The translations under genes were made by a program, and so were the position numbers. This document shows, in pieces, positions 57,856 to 64,000 of a DNA stretch of 64,000 bases; the stretch's first letter is position 1; each line of letters begins with the position of its first letter. The notes beneath the pieces are model-generated. The model was not told the origin of the DNA. It did no database searches and saw only the letters and a list, made by a program, of their open reading frames with translations. Location: the NCBI GenBank assembly GCA_946629635.1, contig CAMOYA010000002.1:10640-74639 (forward strand), written 5' to 3'. Origin of the DNA: an uncultured Clostridia bacterium (GTDB taxonomy: Bacteria > Bacillota > Clostridia > Christensenellales > Aristaeellaceae).

Positions 57856-59402
57856 CTCAGCGGTGCACCGCATACGCTGCAGGGTCTCAGTTCCGCGTAT
57901 GCGGGATCATTGATCTGAGCATAGGTAAAGGAGCCCTTGAGAGGAAGATACTTGGCAGCGATCAGTGAACAGTTCGGTGACGCGTGATAATACGATCCTC
58001 CGTCCGGATTGTAATACAGGACCGTATTGGCGTTGGGAGCTGCGGTGGGTGTCGGTCCGGGGGTCGGGGAATCCGTGGGCGCTTCTTCCTTTTCGTATGT
58101 CTGCAGGCTGCGGGGATCGACGTACCATTCTCCGTTTTCCTTGACCATCAGGATCGTCAGCCGGTATTTCACCGGTTCCTTTCCATTGTTCCGGTCGATC
58201 AGCGCAGTCACTGTCACCTGCCTGGAACTGTCTTCGCTGGTACCCGTAATGTTTTCCCGCGTAACTTCCTTGGGCTTTCGGTTGGCAATCAGCTGAAACA
58301 GCTCATTCTTTGCATTTTCCTGTTTGACCTGCCAGGTCGGAGCACACAGCGTCAGCATCTCTTCATAACGGTTGTTGCTCCAGTAGGAAAAGAAGCTGAT
58401 CAGTCTTTCATACAGCAAATTGTCCTCCACCGGTTCGGGGGTGTTCGTCGCTGCGACCGGTGTCATCACGATGGCCTGTCCGTCCGGATTCCCTGCCATT
58501 TCGCCGCCGGCCATAGCGGAGGATCCCGGGTTGTTCCGGATGGTGCCCCCCGGGTTGGCAGGATTGTCCGTCGCGCCTTTCTTCGCCACCATGCTGACCA
58601 CCGTCACTGCGCACAGCGCCAGGGCAATGATGGAGTAGCACAGCCGTTTGTTCTGCGCTGTCATCGGGCGGATCCACAGCATCGCCACAGTCGCAACGGA
58701 GAGAACAATGAACACGATTTTAAGCGGCATGCTCTGCAGAACCAGAACTGCTGCCACAAACAGCGCGACCAGAACCGCGCCGATCGTGTACAGGAGCGGA
58801 TCCGTCAGCTGAAACGGCGGGCGGCGGACCGGAACGGACTTGGGAACATATCCGCCGCCATTGAGAGGCACCTGCTGGGCGTAGGAATCCTGCGGGGCTG
58901 CCGCCTGGGGCGGACGTCCCATCTGCTGGTATGCGCTGTAACCGGTCTGATATCCGCCCTGCATCGGCGGATAACCGGCAGAGGCCTGCGGATAGCCGGC
59001 GGTCTGTCCGGTACCCTGCGGCGTATAACCCGGGCTCGTATAGCCGGGGCTGTACGGCGTCTGCGGAATAAAGCTGCCGCCCGGAACCGGCTGATGCTGC
59101 GGCGCTGAATAGCCGTTTTCAGGCTGTCCCCCGGCATACTGAAATCCGTTTCCCATATATGGAGAATACCCGGCAGGCGAACCGGAATAAACCGAATTCA
59201 CGCCCGGACGGCTGGCAGTTCCCTCATTCCGCGGCGGGTACCCGTTCCAGACCGGAGCCGCATTCGCTCCGGCACCCGCATCCGCCTGATATCCTGCTGA
59301 CTGTGAAGCATAGCCGTTCATATTTCCCGGATAGAAACCCTGCTGCTGGTTATATTGCTGTCCATAGGATGTATTCTGCGGTTCAAAACCATTCTGATTC
59401 AT
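57852..59402 (-). CDS. Hypothetical membrane protein: G/Y/Q/P-rich N-terminus, three TM helices, extracellular domain and C-terminal H/C metal-binding motif
   Basis: Start MNQNGF after AAGGA. C-terminus YYHASPNC...PCSVC. Translationally coupled to tilS. Confidence 0.8.
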   Translation of the reverse strand: MNQNGFEPQNTSYGQQYNQQQGFYPGNMNGYASQSAGYQADAGAGANAAPVWNGYPPRNEGTASRPGVNSVYSGSPAGYSPYMGNGFQYAGGQPENGYSAPQHQPVPGGSFIPQTPYSPGYTSPGYTPQGTGQTAGYPQASAGYPPMQGGYQTGYSAYQQMGRPPQAAAPQDSYAQQVPLNGGGYVPKSVPVRRPPFQLTDPLLYTIGAVLVALFVAAVLVLQSMPLKIVFIVLSVATVAMLWIRPMTAQNKRLCYSIIALALCAVTVVSMVAKKGATDNPANPGGTIRNNPGSSAMAGGEMAGNPDGQAIVMTPVAATNTPEPVEDNLLYERLISFFSYWSNNRYEEMLTLCAPTWQVKQENAKNELFQLIANRKPKEVTRENITGTSEDSSRQVTVTALIDRNNGKEPVKYRLTILMVKENGEWYVDPRSLQTYEKEEAPTDSPTPGPTPTAAPNANTVLYYNPDGGSYYHASPNCSLIAAKYLPLKGSFTYAQINDPAYAELRPCSVCGAPLR

Positions 59403-59519
59403 TGCTGATTCCTTTCCTCCAGGCCGGCATAACACCCAACGTTCCTGATGCGATCGCATAGGAACTCAATATGAGAGTTTACCATCCTTCCCCGGTCTTG
59501 TAAACCATTTTTTCCCGCG

Positions 59520-59549
59520 TTGACACGGTTTGAACGTATATGATAAAAT
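59520..59549 (+). promoter_or_regulatory. sigmaA promoter of the sugar-transferase operon
   Basis: TTGACA-18 nt-TAAAAT with extended -10 TG. Confidence 0.65.
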
Positions 59550-59583
59550 TATAATACTATTATGGAAATGGAGGGGTCTTCCG

Positions 59584-61002
59584 GTGGCTTCTGGAGCTCG
59601 TTCATTTCATCAGACCAAATCAGATCTGCTCATCGGAGCGATGGCCTTCTGTCTGTATATGCTGATGGCGCTTGCCTTCTTTGGTTTCATGTCCATCAGC
59701 AATTTTTTCCTGCGCTTCATCAACCGGACCCTGGCCACCACCCTTCTGACCTTCTGGGCCATGACTTTTGCCATGCATGCCGTCTATGGCGGATATGACG
59801 TGGGACGAAAGAAGTCAAAACCGGTCATCTCAGCCATGATTGCCGGCACGATCATCACGGATCTGGTGACCTATCTCCAGCTGCAGATCATGAACGTCAA
59901 CGAAAACAACAATCAGTATCTGGAACTGTTCGGCATCGATCTTCTGTGGCTGTTCGTCTGCATCATTGTTCAGATTTTTGTCATCATTCTCTTTGTCCGC
60001 GTCGGGAATCAGCTCTATTTTCATTTTCATCCCCCGCGCAGCTGCCTGATCATCCTCGGATCGCCCGTCCAGGAGGAGGAGATCCGGGAAAAAATCGGCA
60101 GATACAAGCTTCAGTGGCGGGTTGATGACGCCGTGATGTATAATGTTCCGGATCTGGAAAGGCGAATCGACCGGGCCGATGTGGTATTCCTCGGTTCCGT
60201 TCCGGAAGGCGTCAAGTTTGCGCTGCTGAAGATGTGCTATGACGACCGGAAGGATGTCATCTCCAAGGCGCAGCTGCAGGATATCATGCTGTGCAACGCG
60301 CGGCCGGCGATTGTCGACGACGCGGCTTTCCTGGCGATGGAATACAACAAGATCACCCTCGGGCAGCGGATCCTGAAGCGCGCAGGGGATGTGGTCATTT
60401 CCCTGCTGGCGCTTGTGCTTTTCTCACCGTTTATCGCCGTGATTTCCCTGCTGATTCATCTGGAGGACGGGGGTCCGGTCATCTTTCGGCAGTCCCGCCT
60501 GACCGCGGACGGGCAGACGTTCACGATCCGGAAATTCCGGACCATGATTCCGAATTCGGAGGACGAGCATTTTCAGACATCGATCACGGTCGACGATCCG
60601 AGAATTACGCGGGTCGGGGCATTTCTCCGCAGATTCAGACTGGATGAGATACCCCAGTTCTATAATATCCTGATCGGTGACATGTCGCTGGTTGGGCCGC
60701 GTCCGGAGATGATGGCCAATGTTTCGCGGTACAAGATGGAGCTTCCCGCCTTCGTTTACAGGGAGAAAATGAAAGCCGGGCTGACCGGATACGCCCAGAT
60801 CGAAGGACGGTACAACACGACCGCTGAGGACAAGCTCATGCTGGACATGATGTATATCGAAAGCTTTTCCATCTGGCTTGACATCAAGCTGCTGCTCAGA
60901 ACCTTTACGGTGCTGACCAAAAAAGATTCCACCCAGGGCTTTCTTTCCCGGAAGGTCCCGGATCGAAATATACCAAATAGTATGGAGGAAAAAGTTCAAT
61001 GA
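59584..61002 (+). CDS. Polyprenyl glycosyl-1-phosphate transferase (initiating sugar transferase)
   Basis: N-terminal TM helices plus KRAGD, KFRTM, DPRITRVG, RLDEIPQ and GDMSLVGPRPE. GTG start after GGAGG. Confidence 0.92.
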   Translation: MASGARSFHQTKSDLLIGAMAFCLYMLMALAFFGFMSISNFFLRFINRTLATTLLTFWAMTFAMHAVYGGYDVGRKKSKPVISAMIAGTIITDLVTYLQLQIMNVNENNNQYLELFGIDLLWLFVCIIVQIFVIILFVRVGNQLYFHFHPPRSCLIILGSPVQEEEIREKIGRYKLQWRVDDAVMYNVPDLERRIDRADVVFLGSVPEGVKFALLKMCYDDRKDVISKAQLQDIMLCNARPAIVDDAAFLAMEYNKITLGQRILKRAGDVVISLLALVLFSPFIAVISLLIHLEDGGPVIFRQSRLTADGQTFTIRKFRTMIPNSEDEHFQTSITVDDPRITRVGAFLRRFRLDEIPQFYNILIGDMSLVGPRPEMMANVSRYKMELPAFVYREKMKAGLTGYAQIEGRYNTTAEDKLMLDMMYIESFSIWLDIKLLLRTFTVLTKKDSTQGFLSRKVPDRNIPNSMEEKVQ

Positions 61003-61904
61003 AAACCACACTTCTCATCATGGCAGCCGGACTCGGATCCCGCTACGGCGGAAACAAACAGATTGACCGGATCGGCCCGAACGGAGAAATCCTGATGGAG
61101 TATTCCATTTACGATGCTCTGGAGGCTGGTTTTGACAAGGTTGTATTTGTAATCCGCAAGAGCATGGACGAACAGTTCCGTGAGATGATCGGGAATAAAA
61201 TTGCCCGGAAGGTGGAAGTCGAATATGCATTCCAGGAATACGATTCCCTGCCGGGCGGATTCACGCCGCCTGCCGACAGGACCAAGCCCTATGGCACCGT
61301 TCATGCGGTGATGTGTGCACGCGATCTGATTCATGAGCCGTTTGCTGTCATCAACGCGGACGACTATTATGGCAAGGACGCCTTCAAGGCCATGGCCGCT
61401 TCGCTGCACCGTCTGGCAACCGAAAAGAACGCGGCCTCCATGGTTGCCTATTATCTGAAGAACACCGTCTCCAAGAACGGCCATGTCACGCGCGGCGTCT
61501 GCACGACGGATGAGAACGGCCATCTTGTTCGGGTGACCGAAACCTACAGCATTCTGCCGTTCCCGGATGGAACGATTCGCGATATCCATGATGACCCCGC
61601 CGGCATTATCCTGGATCCCGATGCCCTGGTATCGATGAACCTCTGGGGATTTGCCCCTTCTTTCTTTGAGGACGGCATGCAGTATCTGTCTGATTTCCTC
61701 GCGGACAATTCCGGTGATCCGCTGAAGAAGGAATGTCTGCTCCCGGCTCTGGTGGATCATCTGATGCATACCCGCGGTCTCCGGGTGGAAGTGCTGTCCA
61801 CCAAAGCGGTATGGTTTGGCGTTACCTATCGGGAAGACAAGGCGTATGTTGCCGGCGAACTGAAAAAACTGCATGATAACGGGAGCTATCCCCCTGCACT
61901 CTGA
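60999..61904 (+). CDS. Sugar-phosphate nucleotidyltransferase family protein
   Basis: MAAGLGSRYGG.KQ, KPYGT, INADDYYG and WFGVTY. Confidence 0.88.
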   Translation: MKTTLLIMAAGLGSRYGGNKQIDRIGPNGEILMEYSIYDALEAGFDKVVFVIRKSMDEQFREMIGNKIARKVEVEYAFQEYDSLPGGFTPPADRTKPYGTVHAVMCARDLIHEPFAVINADDYYGKDAFKAMAASLHRLATEKNAASMVAYYLKNTVSKNGHVTRGVCTTDENGHLVRVTETYSILPFPDGTIRDIHDDPAGIILDPDALVSMNLWGFAPSFFEDGMQYLSDFLADNSGDPLKKECLLPALVDHLMHTRGLRVEVLSTKAVWFGVTYREDKAYVAGELKKLHDNGSYPPAL

Positions 61905-61923
61905 TTCTGGAGGTTCCTGACTG

Positions 61924-62940
61924 ATGAAAATCCTGTTAACCGGAGGCGCAGGGTATATTGCCTCCCATACCTGTGTTGAGCTTGCTCAGGCCGGTCATGA
62001 ACCGGTCATCGTGGATAATTATGTCAATTCCTGCCCGGAAGCAATCCGTCGGGTTGAGCAGATCATTGGACGACCTGTTCCCCATTATGAAGCTGATGTT
62101 TCGGACCGCGCTGCCATGGACAGGATCTTTGAGGAGAACGCCTTTGACTGCGTGATTCATTTTGCCGGCCTGAAGGCGGTCGGCGAAAGCGTGGCGCAGC
62201 CGCTTCGGTATTACCGGAACAATCTGGATACGACGCTGACTCTTTGTGAAACCATGCAGGCGCATGGGGTAAAGCGGCTTGTCTTTTCCTCATCGGCCAC
62301 GGTATACGGAAATCTTCCGACCGTTCCCTACCGCGAGGATATGACCTCCGCCGGCTGCACCAATCCGTATGGCTGGACAAAATTCATGATCGAAAAGATT
62401 CTTGAAGGGCAGTCCACCGCGGATCATGAATGGAGCGTGGTTCTCCTTCGGTATTTTAATCCGATCGGCGCGCATGAATCCGGACTGATCGGTGAGGATC
62501 CCGCCGGAATTCCGAATAATCTGATGCCCTACGTGGCGAAGGTCGCCGTCGGCGAACTGGAAAAGCTTTCCATTTTCGGAAATGATTATCCGACGCCTGA
62601 CGGAACCGGCGTCCGTGACTATATCCATGTTGTGGATCTCGCCCGCGGGCACGTTCTGGCCTGTGATTACGCAGCATCCCACGAAGGCTGCGAAATCATC
62701 AATCTCGGAACCGGTCACGGATACTCCGTTCTGGATCTGGTTCAGACCTTTATCCGTGTGAACCATGTGGATGTTCCGTATGTGATCGCACCGCGCCGTC
62801 CCGGCGATATTGCAGAGAACTGGGCGGATCCGACCAAAGCCAGAGCCCTTCTCGGCTGGCAGGCGGAAAAGACGCTGGAAGATATGTGCAGGGACACATT
62901 CCGCTTTCAGCAGAAGAATCCCAAAGGATATCGGGGCTGA
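61924..62940 (+). CDS. galE: UDP-glucose 4-epimerase
   Basis: TGGAGYIASH, HFAGLKAVGES, SSSATVYG, YGWTK and RYFNP. Confidence 0.96.
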   Translation: MKILLTGGAGYIASHTCVELAQAGHEPVIVDNYVNSCPEAIRRVEQIIGRPVPHYEADVSDRAAMDRIFEENAFDCVIHFAGLKAVGESVAQPLRYYRNNLDTTLTLCETMQAHGVKRLVFSSSATVYGNLPTVPYREDMTSAGCTNPYGWTKFMIEKILEGQSTADHEWSVVLLRYFNPIGAHESGLIGEDPAGIPNNLMPYVAKVAVGELEKLSIFGNDYPTPDGTGVRDYIHVVDLARGHVLACDYAASHEGCEIINLGTGHGYSVLDLVQTFIRVNHVDVPYVIAPRRPGDIAENWADPTKARALLGWQAEKTLEDMCRDTFRFQQKNPKGYRG

Positions 62941-62984
62941 TATCTCCTGATTCTGATGAAACATCCGGAAGGAAGGATCTCTTC

Positions 62985-64000
62985 TTGAAAGGTTATCTCA
63001 TTGTTGTTGGCAACGCTTCTGCGGAGGCGCTGCCAACCATTTTTTCATCCTTTGCCGGCGGCATCGTCCCACCCGTATCCCACATGGACGTATTCCATCT
63101 GGCATGGAAGGATTCCGATCCGGCCCTCGCGGAAATGGCTGCGCTTTATAACCGGCTGTCCGATGCTGTTTCTCCCGGGGCAGATTCCTTTCCGCTTTTC
63201 CGTCAGTCCTTCGCCTTCGAAGCATGCCGCGTGGATCTGCCGTCCTTCACTGTGTCTGATTCCCCTGATTCTTCAGATGCGCAGCTTCTGTCCGCCCTGC
63301 GTGGCGCCGGTCAGCCCATCTCCTTTCAGACCGATCCGGATGCCGTTGAATGGGCATTCAGAACATGGCTGGAAACCCGGGATTCGGACTGTCCGTTATT
63401 CCGCTTTCTTTCCCGTATGGATGCGGACGAAGCAGAAGCATCCGCTTCTGCCCGCATGATCATTCTCTTCGATCCTGTGGACAGTTTTTCCGCCGGGGTC
63501 AGTCGCGCGTTGGTTTCATTTCTCCGTCAGCGCGATCAGGTGCATTCTGCTCACAGCGTTGCGCTCCTGGCTCTGTTGCGGTCTATATCCCCGCTGCCCG
63601 ATTCTTTCTATCCCACGCTTCGCACCTCGCTGAAAAGCCTGTTCGACAGCGTTATGGCCCCTGAAGACGCTTTGACGATGCTTTCCATTCCACCCTCGTT
63701 CCTGGCGTCTGAACAGAATGACGCCTTCCCGCTGGCATCCTGTTTCGCCGCCGTAGCAATCTCCCATCTCTGGACTGCCCCCGAATTTCCTTCCGGTATT
63801 CATACCATGGAAACGGATGACATCTCCTCGCTGCGCGCACTTGGCGGGAACGCACATGAAGCTGCGTCCGCCATCCTGATGACCTGCTGGATGCTCTGCG
63901 ATATTCTTCCTGCCCTTCACGCGCTTTCCGGACGGACGCAGCATCACCTTTCCATCCCATCCGCATCCAGGAGCAGTTTTTTCCGTCGTTTTTTTCCGCA
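62985..64000 (+). CDS. Hypothetical protein, more than 338 aa, truncated by the window edge (possible degenerate tubulin-like fold)
   Basis: Not in the ORF track. TTG start after GAAGGAAGGA. I checked the frame codon by codon and it is open to 64000: MKGYLIVVGNASAEALPTIFSSFAGGIV... Confidence 0.75.
   Translation, partial: MKGYLIVVGNASAEALPTIFSSFAGGIVPPVSHMDVFHLAWKDSDPALAEMAALYNRLSDAVSPGADSFPLFRQSFAFEACRVDLPSFTVSDSPDSSDAQLLSALRGAGQPISFQTDPDAVEWAFRTWLETRDSDCPLFRFLSRMDADEAEASASARMIILFDPVDSFSAGVSRALVSFLRQRDQVHSAHSVALLALLRSISPLPDSFYPTLRTSLKSLFDSVMAPEDALTMLSIPPSFLASEQNDAFPLASCFAAVAISHLWTAPEFPSGIHTMETDDISSLRALGGNAHEAASAILMTCWMLCDILPALHALSGRTQHHLSIPSASRSSFFRRFFP

Noticed and set aside
63001-63966. 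Short ORF-track calls at the right edge suggesting a fragmented gene
   Set aside because: A different frame from TTG 62985 is open to the window end and explains the region.
1-64000. In-frame TAG read-through (active recoding), CRISPR arrays, tRNA/rRNA genes, prophage or IS elements
   Set aside because: All recognised genes are full length in code 11 with no internal TAG. Intergenic gaps are short, and I saw no spaced direct repeats, cloverleafs, integrases or transposases.

Overview
Chromosomal core-genome window of a fairly GC-rich Clostridia-class bacterium. The class is inferred from gene content and order; a Christensenellales-like lineage is only a guess. It holds 59 complete CDSs and 2 truncated ones, almost all housekeeping: glmM, gpsA, ispE, coaE, prmA-rsmE-mtaB, rpsU, rho, ppaC, rpmE, prmC-prfA-sua5, pgi, purC, rplM-rpsI, cdaA-cdaR, rpsT, nadD-yqeK, rsfS, yicC-remA-gmk-rpoZ-coaBC, pfkA, dnaD-dnaC, nfnAB, fba, tilS-hpt-ftsH and galE. 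There are several near-consensus sigmaA promoters and intrinsic terminators. I saw no rRNA, tRNA, CRISPR array, prophage or IS element. The most unusual signals sit inside housekeeping genes. (1) None of the 59 complete genes ends in TAG (22 TAA, 37 TGA by my count), and RF1 has substitutions in its third-base reading region (HRVQR->HCVKR, RTYNFPQ->RTYYFNH). (2) Rho keeps its RNA-binding domain and P-loop but has lost the catalytic Glu/Arg pair and the arginine finger (DERPEE->DVNPED, SGTRKE->SYTKNS), and it carries a long disordered insertion. (3) CoaE is fused through a membrane helix to a lytic transglycosylase. Further candidates are a prion-like membrane protein coupled to tilS, a possible degenerate tubulin-like ORF at the right edge, a tandem-flippase/GT2/GH2 operon and several structured 5' leaders.
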